Positions 27,450 to 40,459 of a stretch of 64,000 nucleotides of DNA are shown here, in pieces. This DNA is from Ptychomitrium polyphyllum (lineage: Eukaryota). Position numbers and translations under genes: made by a program. The stretch is taken from NCBI GenBank assembly GCA_973851085.1, contig OZ316776.1, positions 1,054,001 to 1,118,000 on the forward strand, read 5' to 3'. Each line of letters opens with the position of its first letter. Positions within the stretch are counted from its first letter, which is position 1. The notes beneath the pieces are model-generated. The model saw only the letters and a list, made by a program, of their open reading frames with translations. It searched no databases and was not told the DNA's origin.

Positions 27450-30400
27450 CAATAACGGAAGAGTTAGATTTGCCACTCGACTACGATTTCGGTTCTGAAA
27501 GCCAAGTATTTGTGGTGGTTAACGAAATACAGAGGACCCTGAGGTGACTTTCCTCATGTGACGTCTGCTATTGTGGTACTGAGTCTGTAGTGACGATGTT
27601 CAAGGTGTGCAAGCTTCTCCCAGATATTTCTTGTTCATGCTCGCGGTAAAGCAAATAGTGGCCAGTTGACAAAACAACGAACACTATAAAAATCTTAAAG
27701 TGTACATAAATTCTTTTATTCACTAAATTTTCAGTGCATTTCATTGCTTCTTGGCAGTTCTCCTAGATACTGCTCAATTATTTGCATCAATTAATCGTAT
27801 CATGGTCATATATGTGGATAGTTTCTTTGTGTATGGTTGAATGTTTTCTAGCTGTATTGCATGCATGATTGTGAATCATGTCAGAGAAAGGTGGCTTGTA
27901 CAAAAGTCTCCACTAGTTCCATCTCAGGCTATGTCCACCGCCCACTAGTTTACTGTAACGGCATGACTATCTCTTCGTACTCAGCTCCGAAGTTGGTCAT
28001 AAAAAGTAGGCAATAGTTTAGTACTGCGTGCGTGAGAATTATATGGTAGGTGACCATGGGATGCAAAACCAAGGTCAATCTCACATAACTCTGCTGCCGG
28101 CTATGGAAATTAGTCCTGACTCGTAACAGCTGTTGCGATTTGGTGTCGTGTAGAGCGTTGACGGATATGTGCATATGACATACTTTATAGTACTGTCTAC
28201 ATTCCGTTCTGGAATTAGCTACAGAGCTTTTTGAAACGAAGTACATGTACGTTATGCTAAAGTAACATAGTTGTCAAAATTCTGGAGCAAGAGACAAAGT
28301 ACCTGTGGGTGAGTGTTAGATTAGATCCATTGTGTTGACTTTGCAGCCTCATAAACAGGAGTACAACTGTTGAAGCATATTACAACAGGCTTCAGACTTA
28401 AGAAGGTTTAATTTTCTCGCACTCAAATGATTCTTGAGCACAAAAAGTTGTTCACATCCAACACCATGATGTTAGGATCAAATCAAGAGGATCAATAATG
28501 ATGTTTGGACGGTAATAAGATGATTTTTTTATGAGATGAGGGAAATTGGGAATGTTGGCTGATTATGTAATTTAGAACTTGGAAATGAAGGGCTTCATTA
28601 ACTGGTAACTAATTCTGACCCTGAGTATCATACGTTATTCTAAAGTAGCTAAATGATTTGTGAATCTGACTCGGAATATGGTGGGGCTATAGCAGAGTTC
28701 ATTAATGGGAAGTTTGCCATCAATGGTTGCTGGTCTTTTATGACACACTAGTGGGTCGCTGCACATGCACTTTCAGCCTCTATCAGGCTCAGGTTTTGCA
28801 GTTTTTTCCACTTTTATAACTCAAGACGAATGCACAATCTGTAATTTTATAAGGAAGATGAAGGAATTCCACTTTTAGAGCTAGGGCTCGGAATACTGGA
28901 AGATGCTTGACACTTGGCGCTGTTAGCCAATTATTTACAATCGTATGATGAGTCACCGTATCAGATTACATTCCCTTCAGGCGATGTCGTCGACACGACC
29001 ACTACCAACAAAAGGAATTCTATCGAGAGTGCTTATCTTGCCGCTCTGCCTTGTCACTTGTGGCTTGTGACTTGAGACCCAGGCCAGGGAATCTTAACTT
29101 CGGAAATGGTTGGTTACTTTGCAAACTTATCACGTTCTCTGTTAAGGGAAGAGTGGATCTCGGCTCTCTAAAGTCACAGCTCTACCAGTTTTTCTCTGGT
29201 ACATTATGGATATGACTTGCCATAACTGAACTACTATAATTTACAATAGTTGCGGTTGGCAAGTTTATATATGAATTTGTGAAGTTGATCTTAAGCGATC
29301 TCACTCGTACCACTGTCCATACTCAAGTATCATGGAGCATGTACCAGGCTGCGAACAAACTCAAGTTGGTATTGGTGTTTAATTCGTTAAGATCATGCAC
29401 TGGAGCAGCCTGAGGGTCTGATATGGCGACTGCTTTATATGAAAATCCATATTGAAACCAAACTTGGAAATCACAACCAGCATATCGATATTGAAAAAGC
29501 AAAGCATAGTTAGCAGTGTGATACAGACTCTAGAGCTGACTGCCAGTCTATAAAATACCCCAATAATTAAAGAAATGATCCACTGGTAACGAGATGGATC
29601 TTTTGGAGTCTGCCGGAGGTTTGACACAAGACTTCCTATTTTTCTGCAAGTCAGCTCTTTACAAGACAAAGGAATGTATGTCAAACAAAGATTTAGAGCT
29701 CAGTATTCACTACAACCATGTTAACCAAAACATAGAGGAAAGGATATGTTTGTGGCCTGAATCAAGTAAATAGCAGCACAGGCGCATTTCCACACCTAAT
29801 TGGTCGAATTTCAGGTGGAGATGAAGACTAACAAACATGTACCAAGGGTGGGCTAAATTGGTGAAGGTGTAGAGAACCATTCCCAATTGTGAAAGTGGTG
29901 AGTCTTCTAAAATGATGAATACAATTGGTTATTGGTTCATAATAGGAAGCATTACGTTTTCTGGGCAGGCTCCATATTCCTTAAATTGGCCAATCCTGTT
30001 GTTTTCACCGCTAAATATAGTGTGTATACTGCAAACTTGACATTGTGAAAATAGCAGGGATTAGTCAGTTTGACAAATATGCTCCTGCTCTGTAGTGTTT
30101 TGGTTGGTGAGTAATATGGGGGTTATTTTCCATAGTGTCAAGTTGATCTGAAGCCTTAACAAGCAAGAATCAACTTAAGCATGGACACTTAAGATTAAAG
30201 GAAACAACTTGGCATTATGAATTGCAGCATGATCTGTAGTAGTTCTTCTACCTGACCGGTTACATCCCGAGTTACGCAGTGCATGGAGAGGAATGACATC
30301 AAAATTAACAAATCAGAGATCGTTTAGATTAGTACTAAAAGGAAAAAAATAAAAGAACCAAAGGACACCAGATTAGGAACATTGATTTGTACCAGGTGCA

Positions 30401-33317
30401 CCTCATCTTTGAGTAACAATATCTAGGAACCACGATCTTGGTAGTTTCAACTAACCCAGCAAAGTATCTTCATTCACATCAAGTGGATTTTCTCCATCGT
30501 AATCTCACCCATTTCACCAGAACATGGATGTCGTAATAAAACCTAAGGGTTTCAATAAAAATTGATTAATTGTAGAAAGTCTTGATCTGTCATGCCATGT
30601 TGCGCAACTTTTGTTAGGGGAAGACCATTCATGACAACGATTTGAAGAGATCTTTCTCCAGTAGAAAATATTGCACACATTAGAATTCAAATATTTATGA
30701 GCTGTATGCGTTAGGTGGACCATTGAAATCCTTGCTAATGATACTTCACCCAGCAGATTGACGTGCATAATTGTAAGTACAAAATAGTGACACAGACAGA
30801 CGAGTTCCAAAACCAAATGCAGCAGCTTGGTTGACATCCTAATTTGCAATTAGGGGAAGACACTGCAAGTCTAAATGAATTGCCCAGTAGGTAAACAATC
30901 CAACTCAGATTTGTAGCAATTCAATGGTCGTTCAAGGATGGCATATCCCTAGTTTAATGGTATGTTGATGAGAGAATCTGGAGAACTTGATTTTCGGTAA
31001 GTAAACTAATGGTCCTGAAATTTTCCGAGCGAAGATTTTGAGTTTTATATCTAGAAGATCTTTGATCTTCGATTTCTTCTCTTTTGTGACGAAGCTGCCA
31101 TAATTTATATATTTTTTCTTCTACTATTTGAATTAATTAAAACCGAATAGTATCTTGGACTACAGGACACAACTCACTTGAGATGTTTATTTTTTAATTT
31201 TTTTGTGGGTGCATATTAATCTGATAGCCAGCTGCTTGGACCTACGTGTTTTGTCTTGGCTTTGCACTCCTTTGTAGACTGGCGCAATCCAAACCCCTTT
31301 CTACTAAGGGTTAAGACTGAACTATAACATCTGCTCATAAACTTGAATCTTCAATTGAGTCAATCATAGGATTTCCAAGGCTATGAGAATGGTAACAAGA
31401 TTCGATTCCAGGTGCACTGGGTAATCTCGTGCAACACCAAAAATTCAATTTGGCTAGTGACACTGAAATGATCAAAATCTATGAACAAACAAGTCAACTT
31501 ACACTCTAAGCTTCTGCCTCACTTGTCAACATATCCCTGATTACAATTTGAGGTCTGTCCATTCTATCGAGTTTCGGACAACACCTCCTGTTTCTTGCCT
31601 AGACACATGATGGTAATGTCAGGCTTTGCAAACTAACAGAAAACACTCAAAGTAGTGACCCATTCAAGGGCTTGCATAACAAGCTGTTACAAGGGTTTTG
31701 TGAAGGTGCAAGTACTATCATGTCGGACTGTTTCGAACCTTACAGTGCTCCAATTTCCACACAACAGTTGGAGCCTAATCTTTGACCTAAGAGGTTGGAT
31801 TAACTTCTAATTCACAGTACGTCTTTACACGCATACAGACAATAATGGAGACCAGGAGTGATTATTTAGATGAGGTTGAAACTTCTCCGGAGAGACCTTG
31901 GATCTCGCTGTCTTGTATAGGGTGGAACGTTTTGGAACTTGGTAGGTTTTGCATTTGTGATGATCAAATAATATGGAAACGATGTTCTGGAGAACACCTT
32001 AGATATTGCTCGCTTTGAAGAGCAAAGATATTGTCACTTCACTGAAGTGATCGCAAATTGTTGGTATCACAAATTTCTCATTCAAGGATCTGCATTTCCA
32101 GAAATTGTGAAGGTCCTTCGATTTGGTCCAAGTGCTCTTCCCATTGGCAAGACAAATCAGTCATTGCCATATTTTATGAACTGCAAAATAAGGAGGTGAT
32201 GGGAGAAAATTATTGAAGTCGAATAAGGATGAAATCGTTCCCGAACCATATTAATGGCGTATTCTAGATAGAAATGACATAATTTGTCTGTAAGAAGTTA
32301 GGCTTCTGAAACAGGACTGCATTAGAAGCATTTGGAGCTACTTTATTACTAGTTCTCAAGGTTCCTAAATATTTTCCAATGGGCTCACCTAACCAAACCA
32401 GGCGAACTATTGTATTAACTCGCTTGTGCCTAAGTGTTTCGAAGGATCAAAAGACGTGAGTGAATTGAAAAGATAATGTTAGAGGGTCTGCTTTGACCTG
32501 CCATGTAGATTGAATTATGCATATATAATTCTATCAGATAATGGGTATAATGACCCTGCATCTTTTGTTTCTACATCTAAAAGCTACCTGGATATTCAGT
32601 ATTCATATAGATACTTAAAATCGTGCTCAGTCTAGCCTTGAGATGATTCCGTCACTGGTAGCCTCAATTGGCCTTTCAACTCAAGTATATCTAATGACAA
32701 TTGTTGTAATATGGAAAGTACTAACTGAACATCTGACTACATGACAACTTCACAGGTTGCGTTTCAAGCTTACAATTGCATAATGACTGGCTTCGGTCCA
32801 AAGTAGTACAACCTTAATTTGATAGTACAATTTCATAGATAGCAGTTTAAATCTGAAAGTTCATTGCTAGACGTGCACTTATAGTGCAGATCTGTTTAAT
32901 AGAGCAATTAAAATGTGTTAAAGAGATTTGTTTACAGTTCGATATGCCTTTCATAACCAATTTCGTTACTATTTTCTGCGATATATAAAACTTCTCATGC
33001 AGCTCCAAGCCGCAAGTGAAGATTTGTGAAAAATGAATTTAAGTAAATCCAACCATCACATGAAATATCCACAAATACACCTTATCATGTCACACACATA
33101 CCAAAAATTCAAAGATTAAAATATCAATCCTTGCCACTAAATGTACAAATACACTCTCCCAAGATTGAATCTTGTTTTTGTACAGCTTCGTGTCAACGCC
33201 TTGCTTGCACTCTATATCACAAGTCGCTTGCTAATCTACACTCACGAGCTCGATTAAGATGCTCGTCTCCTTCGCCCCAGCCACCTCAGAACTCATCTCG
33301 ACAAATTGTGACATGAC

Positions 33318-34606
33318 TTACTGCCCTGGCAAAATGCTCTTCGCATTCTCCGCCTTAGAAGCCACATCACCCTTAACGCCTTCAAGCTTGCTGCCCAAAG
33401 AATTGAACAAACCACCTGGATTGGGTGCCTGCACATTAGGCGCATCGGGGGCAGCGTCCTTAGCAGCACCCGCGGCACTCTTCGCTGCATCCTTCGCGTC
33501 GTCAAAGGCTTGCACGGCCTTACCCTGCAGCTTCTCAGCGCCAGAATTCACCCTCGCGGTCGCCTCGTCCACCCTAGTGGAATCCTTACCCAGAAACTCC
33601 TTCCCTGCTCGCGCACTGGCTGAGTTAGAACCTGTGGCAGTGCCGAGCCCAGACGCAGTCTCCTCTGTGGCCTTGTCGATATTGGTGGCGAGTGGGTTCT
33701 GTGACTTTCCAAGGAAGTTATTAACTCTGTTCTTGGCGTCGGCTATGGGGCCCTTGCCTGTCACCTGCGTATTCCTCTGCGGGTAGGGCTGCACGATGAC
33801 CAACACCCACACACAAGGAGTTTAGGACACTTAAATTTTAAGTGATATTATGATCTTAAAAAGCCCTCTACGACCCTTACGCTGCACATTAACTATAAGC
33901 GTGCGCATGCCTAACATATAGAGATTGAATATGGATGCTTACAGTTTAATGCGGACGCTTTGCATGGGAAGATAGAATGCAGCATGATTCCAGAGTTTGT
34001 GATGTGTGCTGAATTCATACCTTATTCTTGCCGAAGAGACCATCGATGCGTCGCTTGATGCCGGCGCCAGCTTCTTCCACGATGTTCTGGGCATCACCAA
34101 CTGCAGTCACATTCTCAAGAGGGTTGCTCCCAGCGATGTCCTTCGCACCCTGCACGGCCTGACCCGCCTTGCTCTTCGCGGCAGCAACTGGGTTCATGGC
34201 AGCTGAGGCCTGGCTGGAGAGGCCAAGAGCAGCTCCGGCAGCCAGAATGCCGGCCAACACCTCTCGCCTCGCAGGCCTTGCCTCCTAACACCACAAATCC
34301 AACCAACAGACAATGAATACCGATTCCAACATACAAACCATCCACACAAACACGAAACACAAACCACCTCATCTTACAGAATCCAACACCTCTCACCGCA
34401 TTCAACACAAAAGTTTCCTGCCGCTTGAGACAACTCACCTCTGAGTTGCTAGAACTGGCCCTGACAGCACCAACTCTAGCAGACCTGGCCATGGGCGCTC
34501 CCTGCACCACATTGCAGTTGCTGCCGAATGCAGCCTTGCTAGACAGAGTGGAGAACTCCAGGGTGGTGGCGGATCCAGCCACGGTGAACGCGGTAGAGGC
34601 TGCCAT
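33318..34606 (-). CDS. Ala/Lys/Gly-rich LEA-like protein with a bipartite plastid + twin-arginine (thylakoid lumen) targeting peptide, about 300 aa
   Basis: Exons 34606-34439, 34284-34021, 33788-33318. Ser/Ala-rich transit peptide ending VRA, then ARREVLAGILAAGAALGLSSQASA (RR + hydrophobic core + AxA), then a hydrophilic helical body (DDAKDAAKSAAGAAKDA). Confidence 0.8.
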
Positions 34607-37416
34607 TGCTAGTGAAGCTGGGATTGCGCTAGACACTGAGAACGGTGCAGAAAATAGTTGCAGCAGACGTTGAGAAATCAGCAAAAATAATTTGCGTCTG
34701 GGAAATGATGGAGAGGCGCATGGGCAGGGAGAGTATAAGAAGGATGAGGGGGTGAGAACATGGTCGACAAGTGGCAGCGGCAGTGGCCAGACAAGTGGTG
34801 ACAAAGTTATCCAAAAGGTAAGGTCTTGTGATTTCTGTGTAGCGATAGGGCCAGCACGGGAGCTCAGGATTAGGAGCAGTAATTCCATGCAGCCGGGCAT
34901 GGGGTGAGGTTTGCACACCCCTTCAATGTGCATCCCCTAGAATGATTGCCTGCTGAATCCAATTCGCCAAGGAAGGAAGGAATGAGGTATGTACAAGGCG
35001 AGTATCTCAGCTTTACAAAGAGTGCAGACATGAAGTTTGGAGCATTTGAAGCTAGTGATGCTTTTGTTGGCTTCACCCACTATTAACTATTAGAAGTTTC
35101 AAGCTTGTTGTATAAGGGTTATCTTGTGTAATTTTTCAGTTTGGAGATAGAAAATTTTAAGGTGTTAAGGTGGAATAGTTAGTCTTTATTAAGACACCAT
35201 TAGATGTTTTGTAGCATCTATTAGCAAGTTTCTTAGTTACATGAAAAAAAAGAAGTTGAATTTCTAAGAGTTTTGATTTTGAACATTCATGAATTTTGCT
35301 CATGGTGTTTACATAATTAATTTTGAGGTGAATTGAAATTATTTTTATTGTGTAGCAATGATTTGGTACATAAACATCTTATTAATAGTAATGGTATTCA
35401 ATTTTTTTTAAATCACAACTACGTTACTCATAAAGTAAAGAATCTAGATTATTAAAGATTTATATGTAATTTTTCTCACGAACATACATATTAGAAGCAT
35501 CTAGAAAGCTTTTTAAAAGATTTAGGAAGCTTCCAAGCAAGTTATTTCAACTTATGAAGCTTTTAAGAAAGTTAAGTTGGCTTAGAAAGCTTCCAAGGAA
35601 GCAACTCAAGGTTGCTTGAATACGAAGCAATATAATACAAGCTTTTCAAGAAGCTTCTAAGGTTTGTAATCTTGATATATGTAGAAGTGAAGGTTATAGG
35701 GATCATTAGTCTTGACAATGCATCTCTTGTAATCTAATTTAAATCTTTTGGCTCTATCTTTGTACCTTGTTATAGCTCTTTATTTTTAATATATCTTAAA
35801 CATATTTTGATCCATATTTTGGAATTTTGAAGCCTTTACTTGTTGTTACTATGTTTATAACAGTTTGTCAAGACTGTCATACAATAAAATCAATAAAATC
35901 AGAGCTAAGTTTTTCTTGATAAAAAGCGGATCATCCCTTGTTCTTGAAAGCACTATAATACTTCAGAGGTTGCAAATTATCTTCTTTTGAATAGATATTG
36001 ATTCTTGAATTTTCTTTGGTTTTTTGCGGATTTAGCAATTTTTATCTATTTCCATTTCATTTCTATGCCAAAGGTGAAGAAGTCAATATAATTGATTCAA
36101 AAAGAACCAGGTTAAATTCCATTATCAATGCCTTTAAAGCATTGAAGATCAGAACTAAGTCTTTATCAAAGAAAAATAAAGAATTATATTTGTCTATACA
36201 TAATAGTCAAAGAGTAGAAGCACCGCAGTTGCTATCCCAAGTCAACTTAAGTGCTTTATTTTTTAGACCTAATTTAATAGAAGATAGACAAATTCAAGCC
36301 AAGAATTCAATGTCAATCGCCAAGGAACCAAGAATCAGCCTTCTAGAGATGTTTGACAATCTGTGTTCAAAATTTCAAGGCTTTGTAAACCAAGTTCAAC
36401 TTCTTACTTTGTTTCAACCTTCATAGTATTCTACAGACACTTCACATGTTGGTTTGGTAGAAACGTTGCACTTAAGACAAGCATTGTCTTAGTTTGCATC
36501 ACTTTTTGAGAAAAAATCTTCCATATTTAGCAACTTTGATGCATTCCTAGCTGCATTTTCAGAAGCGTTTAGTGACTGTGACAAGCTCTATTTTACAACT
36601 ACTAAAATTGTGCCTCGTGCCAAAGGCCACATTCTACATCAACTTATGCATTGTAGTTTTGACAACTTGCATATGACATTAATTGAAAAAAAAAAATGTT
36701 GATGAGTCAATTTTAATAGGGCACATGAGACAAGGTTAAGAATTTATTGCTATCCATGCCAGACCCTCAAACACTTGATGAGGCCATCAGCCGAGATTTT
36801 AAGTGCAATAATCATCTATTTCAACTTCGACAAGATAAATAGACTTTGATTATGCCTTGGCTATATACCAACTATTTAATAACTTTAGTCTCGTCTACTT
36901 CTAATAAGTATTTGGAAGCAGAAGCCATGCAAATTGATGCAATTCGCTTTAAGCCCCTTACCAAACATGAGAAAAAGCAACAAAGAGAACAAAGGTTGTG
37001 TTTGTACTCTTGAAAACTAGGTGACAAAGTTGATAGTTGCCTAGAGAAACCTCTACGTGTATATTAGATGAGAGATGCAACCACAACACCGAATGCTTTG
37101 CAGGAAAACAAGGACGTCCAACCATAGTAGGAACCGTGCGGCTAACCCTACCTTTTTCGCGAGAAAAATAAAATCTTGTCTTATTAATTCATTTTCTCTC
37201 TTATTTTACTGTATCTCTTTGTTTAGGTGTTCAAAAGTTCAAAATCTTTGCTCTATTAGATTCAAAAGCTTCTACTTACTTTATTAACAAAGAATTTTTA
37301 AAAACTCATAAAAATAATTTATTAGAAAATCCAAATCCGGCCATGTACAGGCTATAGATGATTGGAGATGTTATTCATGAGATCAATCCATTAACAATAA
37401 CATTGGACAACCATAG

Positions 37417-37999
37417 TGTCACAAACATAGATCATGCAACATAGTCCTTAGAACATTCTAGAACCTTTTAGTATGCTATAATAGCTTTTTAGAATACTTT
37501 TAAATGTCTCCATAGTTTTTCCATGTTTTTAAAAAGCTTCCTTGGAAAGTTCTTCTACCTTTAAAAACTTCCTAGGAAGATTCTATCATCTCAGGTAACT
37601 TCTTAGGAAACTTCCTAGGAAGATTCCATCATTTTAGGAAACTTCCTAAGAAGGTTCTGTTACCTTAGGAAATTTCCAAAGAAGGTTCCAACTCCTTGGA
37701 AGCCTCTTAGAAAGGTTCCAATATCTTAGGAAACTTCTTGGGAAGGTTCTCTAGACTTTTAAAATATTTTTAAGCCTTGTAGGAAGGTCCTTTAAAAGTA
37801 TCCTAAGAGATAAAAACGTCATAGTATAAATAGGAGGCAAGACAAGGAATTCTTTAATCTTGCCAACACAAGTTGTGAATCATCTTGAATCCTGCCTTGT
37901 TCTAGTCTTTGTATCAAATACTTGTTAATCATTAGCTCCTTGGAAACTAATTCTTGGGAAACACTTTGTTTCTGCTTCTTGTTTCTTGTGTCCCTAACA
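37417..37999 (+). mobile_element. Solo LTR, family B
   Basis: TG..CA ends, TSD catag/catag, similar to the LTRs at 43445 and 56654. Confidence 0.92.
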
Positions 38000-38675
38000 C
38001 ATAGTAGTAAGTGATATTTAATGTCATTAGGTTCCTATCAAGTTTTATCATTTTAATGCTTTCTTAGCTCAAAAAGTACAATCCGCAAAATAATTGGACA
38101 TCCTTCAAAATAGAATTTTCATTATTGGAACTTGTAACTATTAAGCCTAGAAAGGATGCTCATGCATTGCACAAGCCTAAGGTTATAAAACCTTTCTTTA
38201 TTGGTATAAGAGCATTTATGAAAGCTGCAAAGACTAGTGCTTCTTTTGTTGTGTATGCAATTCCAATGTTCAAAGTTGTGGTTTCATCATCAATCAATCC
38301 AAAAAAATATAAGGAATTCAACGATGTATTCAAAAAGAAAAATACACACAATCTAGCAAAATATCATCCCTACAACTATGCTATAAACTTCTAATTTAAC
38401 GCACAGCCACCATTTGGACCAATCTATAATTCATTTCAAAATAAGCTTTCATCATTAAGAGAGTATATTAATGAAAACTTAGGTGAAAAATTCATTCAAC
38501 ATTCAATGTCACTTGTTAGAGCTCTGATTCCTTTTGTAAAGAAAAAAGATGGATCTTTATTATTATGTGTTGATTATTGCGGCTTCCACAAAATGACGAT
38601 GAAGAATCAATATCCATTGCTTTTAATATCTGAGCTTCTTAATTAGCTTGCTCAACCAAAGATTAATACCAAAAT

Positions 38676-40459
38676 TGTCGCAACCCTTGTAATGCACCTT
38701 AACAATGTTATGTCCGTCAACCATGTACACCCCCACATGCACATGGTTAACCTCTATTTTCACTCTCCAAGTCCCAAGCTTGGTTTTCAATTCTCCCTAC
38801 CATTTCTCTTAGGACACCCAATTAATTGGTAGCCAATTGTTAGGTGCAAACTTCTATTCATGTCCAAGGCCTCACTTGGTGTTACTCCCATTCAACATGG
38901 TCTAACCGCACTTAGTAGTGTCTCTTCACCACCACACTTGATTCCCATATCATCCTAAGATCACCCCGAGTCCATAGTGCCGACGTGAAAACACCACCCA
39001 AACTTAGTGATAATAAGCGTACCCTTTTTATCTCACTAGTTCTTTTCATGAAACTGGTCATCTATCAACTCACAATGGTGTAGGACTCCCCATGGTGAAG
39101 CCCCAATAGTGTTAGGGACACAAAAAACAAGAAGCAGAAACGAAGTGTTTCCCAAGAATTAGCTTCCAAAGAGCTAATGATTAACAAGAACTTGATACAA
39201 AGACTAGAACAAGGCAGGATTTAAGATGATCCACAACTTGTGTTGGCAAGACTAAGGAATACCTTGTCTTGCCTCCTATTTATACTAAGACGTTTGTATC
39301 TCTCATGATACTTCTAAAGAAGCTTCCTACAAGGCTTAAGAATGTTCTGGAAGTCTAGGGAACCTTCCCAAGAAGTTTCCTAAGATGTTGGAACCTTCCT
39401 AAGAGTCTTCGAGGGAGTTGGAACCTTCCTTGGAAGTTTTCTAAGGTAATGGAACCTTCTTAGGAAGTTTCCTGAAGAGGTAGAACCTTCCTAAGAAGTT
39501 TCCTAAGGTGATGGAAGCTTCCTAGGAAGTTTCCTAGGAAGTAACTTAAGATGATGGAACCTTCCTAGGAAGTTTCCTAAGGTGGAGGAATTTTCCTGGG
39601 AAGCTTCCTAAAAACATAAAAAAGGCTATGGAGACATCTAAAAGTATTCTAAGAAACTATTCTAGTATACTAGAAGGTTCTAGAATGTTCTAAGGACTAT
39701 GTTTGCATGATTTATGTCCGTGACAAATAGTAGCTTCACCAACCGGAACTCACCCTTGGTTTTTACCGGGACATTAAGGAAGTGGAGAGGGGGACCAGCC
39801 CTCGCCCTATAGTATTTCATGTGGAATTCGGCAGGCCTCCTAGCCCTATATAGCTGGCTAAACCCCAACACACCCAAAACTTTGGAAGACCACCTGATCT
39901 CCCTTAGGACTTAGCCGCTAGAAGCCTTCGGGACTTCTTGCAGACCTTCAGGGAGCTATATTATCCACGTTTGATGTCTGAATCTATCAACCGACTACTC
40001 TATTGTCATGTATTCTTTACGTAGATGCCAATAGATTCCTTAAATGTCCGATTTGACTTAGTCTTCTAGGAAATATGCTTCTCCCAAGGTTCGGAACTTC
40101 CAGGGAGTCCCTCCTTGCACTGACCCAGTCCAGTACAGTCACTGTTTTGGGCTACCACAGTCCAAAACAGCCCCTTGGCAGCTCCAACTTTGGGATACCA
40201 TATCTTTGAGCTCCTTTGTCCGATTTGAGCAATCTTTAGCATTTTAGAATCAACTTGTTGTGAGTCTTCTAATGCCTATAATTTCTCCCTTGTGACCTTT
40301 GGTCTACATGGGCAAAGATGTTACTCCCCCTTGGGATCCTTCCCACACTAAGCCTACTTGAGCCACTTCATTATCGGTGCCACAAGTCCCGAACGTCACT
40401 CCGAAGTCTCCCTTGTATCCTTAGTATAGCGGGCACTCCTGAAAGAGAGGTGCCTGACA
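38676..40459 (-). mobile_element. Solo LTR, family C, inserted in the RT of element A and itself interrupted
   Basis: tgtcgcaacc...tgaca, TSD aaaat/aaaat; the host RT motif KIDL.GAYNLV resumes after 40464. Confidence 0.9.
39110..39725 (-). mobile_element. Solo LTR, family B, inverted, inside the family C solo LTR
   Basis: tgttaggg...tgaca, TSD aatag/aatag. Confidence 0.92.

Noticed and set aside
27950..33130. Short ORFs in the 5-kb intergenic region; searched by eye for a third peptide paralog
   Set aside because: No signal peptide, micro-exon and AN-C motif combination found
34780..34810. acaagtgg motifs upstream of the LEA-like gene as ABREs
   Set aside because: Lack the ACGT core
37540..37750. 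~31-bp regularly spaced repeats resembling a CRISPR array
   Set aside because: No unique spacers; they are tandem units inside LTRs in a eukaryotic genome
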